A DNA stretch of 64,000 nt from Dudresnaya verticillata. Its lineage: Eukaryota. A program made the position numbers and the translations under genes. Position 1 is the first letter of the stretch; each line of letters starts with the position of its first letter. Below the pieces are notes generated by a model. It worked only from the letters and a program-made list of their open reading frames with translations. It had not been told where the DNA came from and did no database searches. The stretch is taken from assembly GCA_977862235.1 (NCBI GenBank), contig OZ374564.1:1-64000 (forward strand). Reading direction: 5' to 3'. Below, piece by piece: positions 46,811 through 59,200 of the stretch.

Positions 46811-49266
46811 GAATTCAAGGTTCCACCAGTCGGATCCGCCTCCATGGGCTCGCGCAATTCTGCGAGTTCCACTCCGTCATGGTCCTCCACCGATAGTATC
46901 GGGGCATTCCGTTGCGGAGGGGGCGTTTGCGGTCTGCCCCGATTCCCTTGCGGATTCGAACTGGTTCCTACTACGAACCTGCGACCTACAGGGTAGTGCT
47001 TCTGGAAGTTGCGCTCGCGCTCTTCCATAAGCCTAACCCGATCGGAGTCATGTATCCATGGGCAAACAACGTGCTCTGGCGAAAGGCAGATGCGACAGTT
47101 ACCACTTCCGTAAAGGCGTCGGACCCGAGGATCCGACTCATCCCGTAGCGGAGGTGCTTGTTGCTGCTGTCCTCGCCCATCGTGGGCATTATTTCCGTAA
47201 CGGTGACTCGGCTGCTGTTGGGGGCCAGGAGCCGGGCGAGATCCACCATAGGGGGGACCTTGCGCGCGTGGCATCCTGGGCGGAGTAGGGTGGACGCTTT
47301 GCGGGGGCGAGGAGTACGGGGTAGAAAAGGTAACCCCCGTGCTCGTACCCGTAGCGGCACCGTGGCCTCCCTCGACGGCTAGCACTTGATTATCCGTAGC
47401 GGAAAGATTCCCTTGCGACTCATAGTGTACATCCGATACGGAATCCAGCGACAACACCTTAGACGGGCGCGCTTTAGTGCGCCCATCAAAGACGTGAGCC
47501 GGAACGGTTTGGCGTCGAGCTGCCCGATGGGACTGACCCAGGCCAGTCGCATAGCGAGTGATGGCCTGGTAATCCAACTGGGAATGCGTCGCTAGATAAT
47601 TTCTCATCTGTTGACGAGTACCCGGTAGGAGTCCTTCAACGAACAGTGACTTCAATGCCCGATCGGAAAATACTGTACCGCAACGGAGAGCCTTGGCCTT
47701 GAGCTGGTTCGAGTACTGCTCTTCCGTCATGGTGGATGTTTGCCTGAAGTTGGTGACATCCGTATAGGCTTCAGCAATCACTTCATCCTTAGCGTAGGTT
47801 CTCAATAAAAAGTTCACCACCTCGGAATATGTGCGGAGCATCTCGGCCTGCTCCACATCAACCGCCATGGTACCTCCAGCAAGCCTAGCCTGTAGAAGGG
47901 CTTCGGCCTGTCCTTTAAGGAAAAACTGGAAGCACCAGACGGCAACCCCTTCGGCGATGCCGTTGATGTTACAACCGTCACGGAACTTAGCGAGAAATCC
48001 CAAGACGGTAATAGGGTCCGTCCCATCGAATGTATGGGACGACATCTGGACGTCGAGTTTCTTCCGTATACGGCTCATGTTCTGTGAGAACTTAGAGCCG
48101 TAGGTCTTACTCCTCTTATCCAATCGGTAGGTGCGGTAGTCCAGCGCCTTGACAAACTTGTCATGTAGCGGCCGGATTACCTTAACCTTTCCGGATTTGG
48201 CACCGTGTTTTCCGGCCCGGTGCCTATTCTCCCTATCCGTTACGGAAGAACTCTCTGAGTCTGAATCCGTAGAGGTAGAGGGGTCATGCCTTTTTTCGCG
48301 TTTCCGCGATCTTCTGTTTCTCCTCTTGCGGCGGCGGTGTTGGCTATCCTCTGAGCTGCTCTCATTGGATTCCATACCGGATTGGTGGTGTCGTCGCTGG
48401 GTGTGGTCGTCCATGTGCGACCGACGGGGAGGGTCAGAGCGGGAGTGTCGGGCATCTCGTTTATGCCGACCTCGACCGGTCCTCCGACTCGGATGGGGTG
48501 AGCTGGACGCATCGCTGAGATGGTCGCTGCCTCCACCTGATCGAACCGGAACGGTATAGCGCTCTTGCTGATAGCGCCCTGGCGTAGGCACATCTACGTG
48601 TCCAGGTGAATACCGTAACGGTGGCTGAGTGTGTGTTGGTCCCGTAGGGGCGTGTTGATGTTGAGAATCCGTTACGGGAGCCGGTGGCAGTGGTCCAGAG
48701 GGTACTGTGCCCGGCGGCAATCCCATAACGGGGGGTTGTTGCGGCTGCTGCGTTCTTCCCTCGACCGGGAAGTCATTCCGTAACGGTGGTTGCTCAGTGA
48801 AAGCTTCCGTAGCGGGAGGCCTTGCCATGCCGGGAGCAATCTGGCTCTCGAGCTCGGCGGCCACCTTTTCCTGTAGGATCAAAGCTTGCACTATCCGAGG
48901 AAGGTGCTGCTCCAGATAGGAATTAACCAAAGATGGAACAGTTTCCGAGAGGGATATCTCCACCTCTTTTACCATTCCAGGTTGTACTTCCAATCGGAGA
49001 TGCTCTAGCACCCTAGGAAGGACCTCCGACAGAACCCAGTGGACCCGATGGGATTCCGGCTTGGGTTGCGGAGCTGCCTTCTTGGAGGCGTCTGATCCGA
49101 CACGGGAACGGGGAGCTTTACCAGCAACACCCTTTAGGATGTCTTCTGGGTTCTCCGCTCCGGAACGGATTTCACCTCCTTCACTGCGCAGACTGCGCGC
49201 AGCGGGGGTAGTGTCACCCGCTTTTGGTTCCGTAACGGGAGGGTCTGCGTGTTCTTCGTTCTGCAT
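46786..49266 (-). CDS. gag: Gag polyprotein (826 aa)
   Basis: Intact ORF after the LTR. Capsid-like FDGTDP...FRQ...FVEGL and a CxxC..H..C knuckle (CRICLSPEHVVC). Confidence 0.85.
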   Translation of the reverse strand: MQNEEHADPPVTEPKAGDTTPAARSLRSEGGEIRSGAENPEDILKGVAGKAPRSRVGSDASKKAAPQPKPESHRVHWVLSEVLPRVLEHLRLEVQPGMVKEVEISLSETVPSLVNSYLEQHLPRIVQALILQEKVAAELESQIAPGMARPPATEAFTEQPPLRNDFPVEGRTQQPQQPPVMGLPPGTVPSGPLPPAPVTDSQHQHAPTGPTHTQPPLRYSPGHVDVPTPGRYQQERYTVPVRSGGGSDHLSDASSSPHPSRRTGRGRHKRDARHSRSDPPRRSHMDDHTQRRHHQSGMESNESSSEDSQHRRRKRRNRRSRKREKRHDPSTSTDSDSESSSVTDRENRHRAGKHGAKSGKVKVIRPLHDKFVKALDYRTYRLDKRSKTYGSKFSQNMSRIRKKLDVQMSSHTFDGTDPITVLGFLAKFRDGCNINGIAEGVAVWCFQFFLKGQAEALLQARLAGGTMAVDVEQAEMLRTYSEVVNFLLRTYAKDEVIAEAYTDVTNFRQTSTMTEEQYSNQLKAKALRCGTVFSDRALKSLFVEGLLPGTRQQMRNYLATHSQLDYQAITRYATGLGQSHRAARRQTVPAHVFDGRTKARPSKVLSLDSVSDVHYESQGNLSATDNQVLAVEGGHGAATGTSTGVTFSTPYSSPPQSVHPTPPRMPRAQGPPYGGSRPAPGPQQQPSHRYGNNAHDGRGQQQQAPPLRDESDPRVRRLYGSGNCRICLSPEHVVCPWIHDSDRVRLMEERERNFQKHYPVGRRFVVGTSSNPQGNRGRPQTPPPQRNAPILSVEDHDGVELAELREPMEADPTGGTLNSENSRGDA

Positions 49267-49414
49267 GATACCTTAACGGAACACAACGGTTGTTCTTGCT
49301 TGTCTATCCAATATTCCGTAACGGGTTGTCGGTACAGCCGAATTCCTACCGTAGCGGATTTCGACGGCTGTTTCTTCCAACCGTGACGGTGTTCTAGGTC
49401 GGGAGACCAAAAGA

Positions 49415-50109
49415 TGTGGTGTAGTGAAAACCCACGAACTCCGAGACGGACAGCTGGCCTGACTTTCCTTAACGGACGAGAGCAACACTACCTCCACGGG
49501 GTGGTAGAGCAGTTCGCACCGAGACGGGAGAACAGCGAGCGGCTAACCGAGACGGATATTGGGAAGCAACAGACAAGGGGGTGGTACAAGTGCCGGGACG
49601 GACTCCGTAACGGTGGTGGTGGTAGACCGCAACGGGCTCGGCGCGGGGAAAACCGTAAAGGATTGGGCTAAGGTTGCTTACCCGTTTACCTTAGGAGCCG
49701 CTGCGGTGCCGCCCTGATATACAAGTCAGGGTGGCACCGATCGGTCCGGCCCGTGGGGGCCAGACCCTAGTGGTCTGGTCCTATGGTGGAATCGGCCCTG
49801 CTGGTCCCAATCTCCGACACGGACATGCGCAGCATTCTCATTGGCTGGCGCACTACTCTACATACTGTACAGATACTCACTAAAAATAAAGAATAAACAC
49901 TACAAATACTCCGGTATGGTTGGTGCGCTTCACTGCTGTACAGCAATGCGTACCGGCGCACAGCAATGCGTACCGGCGTACAGCAATGCGCACAACATCC
50001 GACACGGTTACACGTTGCCAGATCATCAGCGTGGCGTATTGCCACATCATCCGTTACGGTTGGCTCGCCGTCGGCGTGGCGCGTGCGCGCCACGGCTCAC
50101 TTCACCACA
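49415..50109 (-). repeat. 5' LTR of the gypsy element (695 bp)
   Basis: TG...CA ends with a 12-bp imperfect inverted repeat TGTGGTGTAGTG / CACTTCACCACA. A PBS-like TGGTCTCCCG follows on the minus strand. Confidence 0.8.
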
Positions 50110-50384
50110 GCAGTAACGTGAATAGATCCATTGGGATCCTGAAGGACACTAGGCGTATGAATGTGGCCTGCAGTAGAGCTGAAAAGCTGCTTGTTATCGT
50201 CGGGGATAGTTCAACCCTTGTGGAAGATGAGAAGGCGTGGAGATGGTACTGGGAGAGGTGCATTGAGCAGCATCATGGATCCGCCGTTGAAATCTGGGAA
50301 CCGAGAGAAGGACAGGTTGACTTTGTCCGCCGCGGTCGTTTGCGCTTGGCAATTGAGAACAAGAAGGTCACTTTCGACCTGTGA
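50110..50384 (+). pseudogene. C-terminal fragment of a UPF1/DNA2-like SF1 helicase interrupted by the LTR
   Basis: SNVNRSIGILKDTRRMNVACSRAEKLLVIVGDSSTL (motif VI region) begins exactly at the LTR edge. Confidence 0.75.
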
Positions 50385-50825
50385 ACAGTTTTGGACTCAG
50401 CATTGTTTCGCAAGATAAGTCGTTATCTCCGCTACCGCTCAATACACTTTGTACTATTCATGAAGTGAAGTGTAGGCGATTGTTAGGAAAAGATTGCTAG
50501 TATGAGAATCTTTGGCATTACTGGCATGTTGTTAAATGCTATTCGTGTGTGTCTTGAAGTTCATCGGGGTTTGAGAATGTCGTAGTATGTAAGTTAGTGA
50601 ACGTGTAGGGTATGCGCGATGTTTCGTCTCCATCGATGAAGGTTGGCAGCACAACTCATTGTAAGTGAAAAGACTCAGTATTTTCAGCATCATGGTGAAG
50701 TAGGCAGTTGGCGGTGGGGCACAGCGGGTGTTCTTACTGCGAAGGAGAGGAGTAGCATAGCGGTGACAGTGTGTGGAAGAAGCCACAATAGTTAGGGCGA
50801 GGTGTGCACTGAGCAGGGTGACGGG

Positions 50826-50996
50826 CCGAGAGCGCTAGATGGCGATGGTAGCAAGCATGGCTGGCGGGAGCGCTGGATGGCGGTGGTAGCGGGCATGGCT
50901 GGCGAGAACGCTAGATGGTGGTGTTTGTCGTTACAGCGGTAGCGGGCATGGTTGGTGAGAGCGCTAGATGGCGGTGGTAGTGGGCATGGCTGGGGT
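50826..50996. repeat. Short degenerate tandem repeat GAGCGCTAGATGGCGGTGGTAGCGGGCATGGCTGG, ~4 copies
   Basis: Direct reading of the sequence. Confidence 0.7.
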
Positions 50997-53240
50997 GGAG
51001 AGCCCAGGGAGGGATGAGCTGGCTGGAGCGGGAGCGAGGCATGGCGGGGGGGGAGGGGGAGGGAGGGAGAAGGCACGACCGGCTGGCGGGAACATGCATG
51101 GCTGGGTGGCCCGCGGGAGGGAAGGGGGGTGTATGTCCCGGATAAGCGAATAGGAATGCAGATGAGGATGTCCCCCTGTTGTCCGTGGGTATCCCCAGTA
51201 GCGCGCACCAATGCATTGCTGGAGAGCGTGGCGTAGCGACGTGTACATGCTGTGCGCCTGGTGGTAAGAGCCCGGCGGTGGCGCGTGGCACCCCGCGTCA
51301 ACACCGGCCCGGACCGAGGGCCACGGTCCGGTTCCTGGCCCCCGGGGGGCGGACCGGTCCCCGGAGGGCAGGGGCGCCCCCAGCGCTGCGGCGATTCCCG
51401 CTGCATAGGCCGCTGCAAGGAAGCGTGCCACCCAGGGCGTCCAATCAGGAGCACCATCTTGGCACTCGGTGGCCAATCCCAGGAGCGGGCTTGCAGCGCG
51501 GCGGCGAATACCAGAGCGACAAGTAAAATTGGACAAAAGGTTTTTGTCCATGGACAAAAGGTTGGCCCGACGCAGAGCTGGAAAACGCATGTCACGCATT
51601 ATGATACACCTTTGTTTGCTGCGTTTTGGTACAGAAACTGGACAAAAGGAATCGTCACGATCGTGCCCTACCCCCGGCTGCATCATTCCCGCAGTCGTAG
51701 ATTGTCAGCAGATTGGAACGAGTTCGTACAGTACTGTACTACTTTTGTTGCGGCAAAGTCAGGAGTGTTCGAGAGATTTCTCCGTGTCGCGCTTGCTGCA
51801 GCACGTCGCTCTGCTGCTTGGGCCCTGTTCGCTTTTCGGCATATCCATTTGCGAGAGCGGCTCGGGAACACCTTATGTTGCATCTTCGTGCAGACGTTAT
51901 GCTATGTCTTCTTTTTATGTGGCCACCGAGTGATGCTCCCAGAAATATCTCTCACCTGTATTGCAAGGGTAAAGTATTGCAGCCATCGTGATTCTTTGTA
52001 TGGTTGTAAGCAGTGCACCGAACAGGTTATCGAAGCCCGCAGCACGGTACCGCACACATTGTAACGCGCTGGTACCAAATTGGTAAAGTACAAAAACTCT
52101 GTTGTCTGGTTAAACGCTCATAACCAACGCTCGTGTCTAACGATATAATTGCTACAGATAGACGAGTCAGAAGTAGCGTCTCTGCTGCACAGTAACTATA
52201 AAGCTGAGCGAACTTCAAAATGCTTTTTGTGAGGATGGATTTGAGGACGCTGCGTCTACCACAGAACAGAAGTTGGCTCTTCGCATGAATAGACTTCTTC
52301 TTGGTAGTACTGGCAGTCTGATATTCCGTTGTTCACCGGAAAGCATGCGGGGGTCACATTCTGAAGGATTCCGTGAATTCATTCGAGTAGCTACGCGCTA
52401 ATTGCAGCCTCAAGCCTCGAAGCCTCGAGGATAGTGTTTATCAATAGTATCTCTTCATCATCCTTATGGCGTGATGCTTGAGGATGATGTTTGTTGAAAT
52501 AGCTAGCGTTAGCGAGCCTGAAAGACTTTATATTCTATAACGTTACCTCGCAGGAACAGGAGTTTGTTGCTGTATACGTGAGATGGAGACCTTTATGCAT
52601 AGGAAAGACTACAGCCCCCTAAGGGGCTTACCTAAAACTCATCTGAAAGGCGACGGTGGAAGAGAAAACAGCGGTTAACAATCACCGCGACAGATTGACG
52701 TACAAGAGAGGTGAGGTGGGTGAGAAGAGATAGTTTTTCAGATATCGGCGAAGTACCCTTCATACGTGTATTCCCCCTTTTTCATCAGAAATCTTCAAGC
52801 TCATTATGGGGCTTAGCAAGGGCTGGGCTCTAGGCGACGGTCTACCGGCTTACGCCAGATACCAGCCTCTGCGAACGCATTTTAGAACTAAAGAAGTGAG
52901 ACGAGTAAGATGGCACAGTATGTACCCATAGCTAGCACCTGAAACAACAATAAACAATAGACATCAACAGTGTTGCTCATGTAGCTCATCTATTTCCATA
53001 GTTGTGAAGACCCTCTACGACATAAGATTTGGTTTGCTCTTTGCGATTGGTTTATCTCAGACAAAGAGGCACGCTTGGAAAAAAGGACTGCACTACTAAC
53101 AGATAAGGGGAGCCTTTTCCAACATGTATGAGCTGCTGGCATGGCATCCCTACCTTGAGAATTAGCATACGAGGATGGACCTTCTGAAAACCGTAGCTGC
53201 GTGTCATGCTAGTCCAACCATGCGGATTCTCCCACTCCCC

Positions 53241-53468
53241 TTAATACAGGGGGATGCAGAAGGCATGCTTCTGGTCACAGAACGCATATCCGGACATCTG
53301 CTTGTTGCAGTCGCTATCCATCTGACACGGGTACAGCTCCTTCATGAACTTGATCATGGTCTGCAGGTTGACCTCCGGGCGCTTCGCCTCCTTCACTGCG
53401 GCACCATTAACAGCGCCGGAGACGAGGAGAACCACGAACAGCATAGCGAACATCTTGAAAAGAGCCAT
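53241..53468 (-). CDS. Small secreted cysteine-rich peptide (75 aa)
   Basis: Signal-peptide-like N-terminus, KR site and C-x5-C-x9-C-x6-C. AAAA-ATG-G start context; TATAAA ~105 bp upstream (53573-53578). Confidence 0.7.
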   Translation of the reverse strand: MALFKMFAMLFVVLLVSGAVNGAAVKEAKRPEVNLQTMIKFMKELYPCQMDSDCNKQMSGYAFCDQKHAFCIPLY

Positions 53469-54134
53469 TTTTGTGGGAGCGGGATAGAAACGTAAAGACG
53501 AGTGATGAAGGTTGTTGAAGAGGAAAGGTTGATGAGGAGGGCTTTTCGTATCGGAAGGAAAACTAGCGTAGGTTTATACATTAGTCACTACATCGTGCTC
53601 ATGAATGGAAACAGAGGTGGGCTCTGAAATGCAAGGTTGCGATCTTGCGTACGGACATGATGTAAGAGCGGTAAAGAAGCTGAATCTGCGCTCAGATACC
53701 GTGCGGGAAGTGCTCTGAGGAAGACGAGGATGCAACCTTGTCCGTTCTGGAGCACACAGCTGCTCCCGCGATCGCAGACTCTGAGGCACAGAGCGCCCCC
53801 ATATGTTCATTTCCAATGTTCACACGATGAAGATGATGATGTTCACACCCGACCATGCCAAACGATCAAAGAATGCACTTTTTTGAAGGGTTGATGCAAC
53901 TCTCTTGCAACATGAATTGTACTGAACTGTATGAGCTCGCATGCAGCCCGGCTTGCGCGTACTTGATAGTGATAGGAAGAAACGTTTCTGAATAGTGTGC
54001 GTAAGCCGGATGACTATTGATGGTCGTATTGATAGAGGATGATATCATCGTCTGAAGAGGCCCTGATGATTGTCTGATCTTTGCGGAGCCCCCTTTGTTA
54101 TGGGGCTACAGTAGTAGCATCTCGCGGAGTCAAG

Positions 54135-54137
<3 letters not shown>

Positions 54138-54167
<30 letters not shown>
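54138..54167. repeat. (CT)n microsatellite, possibly a retroelement tail
   Basis: Direct reading; preceded by a GCCCC...GGGGC hairpin. Confidence 0.85.
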
Positions 54168-54171
<4 letters not shown>

Positions 54172-56242
54172 AATCTGCCGGCATAGAAGCAACTGCAGAA
54201 ATATTTTCTCAGTAAGACGAGCTTCCGTCTTGGCGTCTCCGATGGCTATCCGTGCCCTCTAGAGGATGCCATAAGGGGGAGGGACTCCGAGGAAGGACGG
54301 GGGTGCTGACAAGGCGGCGACGGTTCACAGTACTGGCGACGTGTTGGAGTACAATCGAAACTAGACGAGCGGGGAGACAGCGCGTTGTTTTCAAGCGCGG
54401 ACCTCGACCGTAAGAGTTTTTCAGAGAGCAGGAGCTGTGGAAGGACTTGGTACTTTGTCACTTTGTGCCGGCAGAGAGCGATGCATGCGCGACCAAACAC
54501 GGTGCCAATGCCACATGCGTCCGGAGCCAAACAGACAATCGCTTGCGCAAGAGAAGAAACCTCGAGAGCTGTCACTGAACTTGTACAATATTGTTGCACG
54601 AAAATATCACGTGCTCGTCAACCAATGCGAACATGCTTCTCCTCCCTCACCGATGCAAAATTCCCTTGCCTGCCCTTCAACCTCCGAGAGAGGGCACCTG
54701 ACCCTACTTCAAAACCGCAGTTCTTCACGCTGTCCAGGTCCGTAACAGCCATTCGCCCCGTGTAGGTGCTCCCGCAGCCTGGCAAGAACAAGCGCGTGCA
54801 ATGCTGGGGCCAGCGCCACGTACACCTCGCGATCGGCTTCTGCATGCATAACTTACCGTACTGTAGCATGGCGCCGCAGGCTGGACAGGTCGGCGCGCGT
54901 GTGTGCTTGTCTTCTTACTGTACCCATACCATTTGTTATGGAAGGTGCGGCTCTGGAGCGGCGTACTGTTACTTCACTCACTCATTCGAGCAGATGTAGA
55001 AAGTGTATGAGGCTGCGCTGAGTGTGTGGTAGATACCGCGTTCTCGCATCCTCGCGGATCTCGCGGGCGTTGCGACAAGGGTGAAGATTTGGAGCTGGGC
55101 AGGGTTTGTGGTGGGTAAAAGGGCAGCCGAGAGATATGTTCTCTCTGTATTGGTGTTTGGCGTGGCTAGCATCGTCGCGTGATGAGCGTCATGATGACGC
55201 ACTTCTTCTCCGTGCCCATGGGAAGAACGGCGAAGCACTGTAGTAGGCGGTGCTTGTCATGCTTTTGTTGACGGTCTCTGTCCTAGAAGGCTCGGGGCAC
55301 ACTACTGTGAGGTTGGGAAGGGCCAGATACATTGTAATGTGCGGCAAGGAACGCAGTTGCTTATCCACTGGCGCAGCGACCTCGTCTCAGACAAGTATTG
55401 AAACAGAACAGCAGGGGTGGCGTGGAAGGCGAGTAGATAGAGGGGGAGCGCTATGATTGCCCCTGGACAGGAATCCTATTTTCCTCTCACAACCAACGTT
55501 ATTGTCACCATCACAACCGACCGGTTTTCTTCGTGGTTGAGCAGCGACCCATTCCTTTCTCTGCTTCTTCCTCTGATTGTTCCCCTCGGAGAAGAAGTCT
55601 TGCACCCGCCTCAGTGACCCGCATTGTTGCGGGCTCAGTCTGTGACTGGGAATTCATCTGACCTGTGTCACCGCCAACGCCGGGGTCGAAGTTGCACCCG
55701 CCCCGCGCAGCATACGCCTTGGCGAAACAAGGACGTGGCGCTTTCGCGGTACAGTGCCGTACTCGACCGGCGCAGCTACTGTACTGACGTGCTGACGTAA
55801 GAGGCCCTCCACAAGTACTTCACTTATACTGTGGTGGCGTGCGGACCTGGTGAGCTCTCATCAAGAACACGTAGGGAGTACGCGCAGAGCGGCTTTTCTG
55901 TCCGCCACTTTCTAGCTTTTTGGTTATTTTTGCGTTGATTTCATTCGGCCTTTTTACCTCGGCGTCGGCGATGAGTAAACGAGTTTTGTTTCACTTGGGG
56001 CATACTGGCGTCAACGACGCGAGCCCATAAACGCTTTCGGCAAGCAACCAACCAAGCGCTTTCTCTTTGAGAAAACTTCCAGAGTACGAAACAGCAACCG
56101 CAGCAACCTGTTCGCCGTCAACCGCCACTCAAAACTCCGGCTTTTAAGCCGCTTCCCACTACCGTCAAGCTCGCCAACTGCCGATTCATCACAAGACCAA
56201 ATTCCGTTGCTTCTTTCGGTTGACGTTTTTTGCCTTCACACG

Positions 56243-59200
56243 ATGGTGGACTCTGTGCTTTCTCTCCTCGAGACCAGTATCAAGGTTGTTCAGCACATTC
56301 GTAATAGTCTTGAAGCTCGCAAACAAAACGCAACATCCTTCGTGACGATAGCCAATGGCATTCAACGTATTCGCTTGGCTTATCAAGACTTTCGCAACAA
56401 CCACTACCTCTCCGCCATCCACGACGATGTCAGCAGCCACATTAGAGCAGAGTTGGAAATGGTTCAGCCCCATTTGGAGGCACTTTCGCAGCAGGTAGAC
56501 AAACGAAAGCCTTTACGCTTGTTGCTAGGCGCCATCGAAGCTCGTGAGGCGATCATAAAGGTACAATCCCTTGTGACAGGGCTAGAAAGACACTTGGATG
56601 CTTGTCGGCTCATGGTGAAACACTTTCAGATCCATGACTCCCGCCTCAGTGAAATATATGAACTGTTGCACAAGCATGTCATCAAAGAGGTTCCGAGCTC
56701 TTCCTCTGCGGGAGACGTGACGGCACAAGATGAGGTGGTCTCAATCGATGCCACTTCTGCGCGACTTCAAGGAACAGATCCGAGCAGCTCGAGTAGCCCC
56801 AGTCAGACCTCGCCCCACTCTCCAGGCCCGACAATGAGTATACAATCTGAACAGCTTGATAAGGAGGAGGAGGACGAGATCCAATTCATATCGTCGCTGC
56901 CCATGGCGATGAAGTTGATAGCGAAAAGCGATGTCCCGGAAGATGTGAAACGGAAGCTACAGCAGAAGATAGACGACTTCCAGACTCGGTGGGAGTTGAA
57001 GTTTGACGACTTGGTGTTTGAGAAAGGCAGAAGGGGAGGATGGGTCGAGTTGGGCGAAGGCGGTTTCAGCAGGGTGTACAAAGCGAAGCTCCGCCAAGGT
57101 GAAACATTCCTAGAAGTGGCAGTCAAAGAGCTAAAGGTAAAGAAGCCGGAACTGGAGAAGTTCAAGCCAAAGTTTTTGCGTGAGGTGCACGGCCTGATTC
57201 AGTACCGGCATCGCTGTATCTTGGAGGCACATGGGGCCATCTGGGCGAAGAGCGATGAGACAGAAGACGGTCACAACCCGATGATTGTTCTAGAACGCAT
57301 GACCTGCAGCCTCCACGAAGCGATTCAAGAATGCTCGGCAGCGGTGGAGGACATGGCTGTGAGAAAGGGTATCGCGCTGGATGTGGCTGCTGCGCTCGCA
57401 CATCTGCACGAGAAGAGCGTTGTTCACAGGGACGTGAAGCCTGAAAACGTGTTGCTGTGTGTTAGGAACAGCGAGGTTGTGCGGCCTGCCAAGCTGTGCG
57501 ACTTTGGCGTATCGCGAGAAGTGCAGGTGACAAAGCAGATGGAAGCGTATGCGCTGAGGAGTAGTAGAGGAGCTGCGTCAGGGACGGTTGTTTTCATGCC
57601 ACCAGAGGTGCTCAAGGACCAAAGAAAGGCGCCGACGCGTCCGTCGTGGGATGTGTGGAGCTTTGGACTACTTTTATGTTTCCTGGGGGGTGGGGCGACG
57701 TCCTTTTCGGAACTGGATTTCATTAACGCCCTGGGTCTAGCAAGAGAAGATCAGCTTGGAGCAGTCGCACGAGAATGGGCGGACTCCATTGGGGATGAGG
57801 CGATGAGGACGGCTGCGTTGCGTTGTTTACAGTCGAAGTGGAAGGAGCGTTGCACTATGGCTGATGTGGTGGCGATTATTTCGCAGGGTATACCAGCTCC
57901 GAGTGACACGGAATTTGCCAGCCTTCTTCTTGACCCACGATGGATGACCATAGATAGCAGTCCTTTGGACATCCCTGGGTGGAAGGAGAATGTGAAAGAG
58001 TTGCGGTGGGCGTGCTTGGCAAATGGGTTGGTTGGTGAAGAAGATTTCGATGCGGGCATGAAGTTGCTGCGGTCAGCAGCGCGAGAGAGCTGGCCGTTCA
58101 TTTTTCGAAACCCGAGGGAGCTGATGTTCCAGATGCAGTCGCGCTTGGTGGACTCATGCGATGAGTCATGGCTCGTGCGGCGGTACCTTGAGACGGCCAG
58201 CAAGGTGTCCCCCACACCTCGAGTTCGATCATTAACTCGGTGCTGGAACATTCCCGGTGGTCGACAAGAGATGGAAATCCCATGTGCGGACAGTGTATGG
58301 AGCTTGGCTGTGACAGGGGATGAAGGAAAAGCTGTGGCAGGCATTGGGAGCAAAGTAGTGCTCATCGACTTGGAAAGCAGTGTTGTCATCCGCGAGTACA
58401 TCGGCCACGAGAGTGCGGTGGAGTGCGTGGCGGTGACGCCAGACGGGCGGCACGTCGTGTCCGGGTCGGGCGACAAGACGTTGCGGGTGTGGGAGTTGGG
58501 GAGCGGCAAGCCCGTGGGGGAGCCGTTGCGCGGTCACACGAGTTGGGTGCGGTGCGTGGCGGTGACGCCAGACGGGCGGCACGTCGTGTCCGGGTCGGAA
58601 GACAAGACGTTGCGGGTGTGGGAGTTGGGGAGCGGCAAGCCCGTGGGGGAGCCGTTGCCCGGTCACACGAGTTCGGTGGAGTGCGTGGCGGTGACGCCAG
58701 ACGGGCGGCACGTCGTGTCCGGGTCGCGGGACAAGACGTTGCGGGTGTGGGAGTTGGGGAGCGGCAAGCCCGTGGGGGAGCCGCTGCGCGGTCACACGCG
58801 TTGGGTGTGGTCCGTGGCGGTGACGCCAGACGGGCGGCACGTCGTGTCCGGGTCGTGGGACAAGACGTTGCGGGTGTGGGAGTTGGGGAGCGGCAAGCCC
58901 GTGGGGGAGCCGTTGCGCGGTCACACAGATTGGGTGCGGTGCGTGGCAGTGACGCCAGACGGGCGGCACGTCGTGTCCGGGTCGGAAGACAAGACGTTGC
59001 GGGTGTGGGAGTTGGGGAGCGGCAAGCCCGTGGGGGAGCCGTTGCGCGGTCACACGAGTTGGGTGCGGTGCGTGGCGGTGACGCCAGAAGGGCGGCACGT
59101 CGTGTCCGCGTCGGGCGACAGGACGTTGCGGGTGTGGGAGTTGGGGAGCGGCAAGCCCGTGGGGGAGCCGTTGCCCGGTCACACGGATTGGGTGCGGTGC

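Larger units (their letters stand above)
44773..50109 (-). mobile_element. Ty3/gypsy LTR retrotransposon, 3'-truncated (no RNase H core, integrase or 3' LTR)
   Basis: 5' LTR, gag, protease and RT in order. RT ends at ...ELKRRLISPPIL, where unrelated sequence begins. Confidence 0.92.

Noticed and set aside
50792..52500. Overlapping 240-270 aa ORFs in a GC-rich region
   Set aside because: Low-complexity and open on both strands, with no domain signature.
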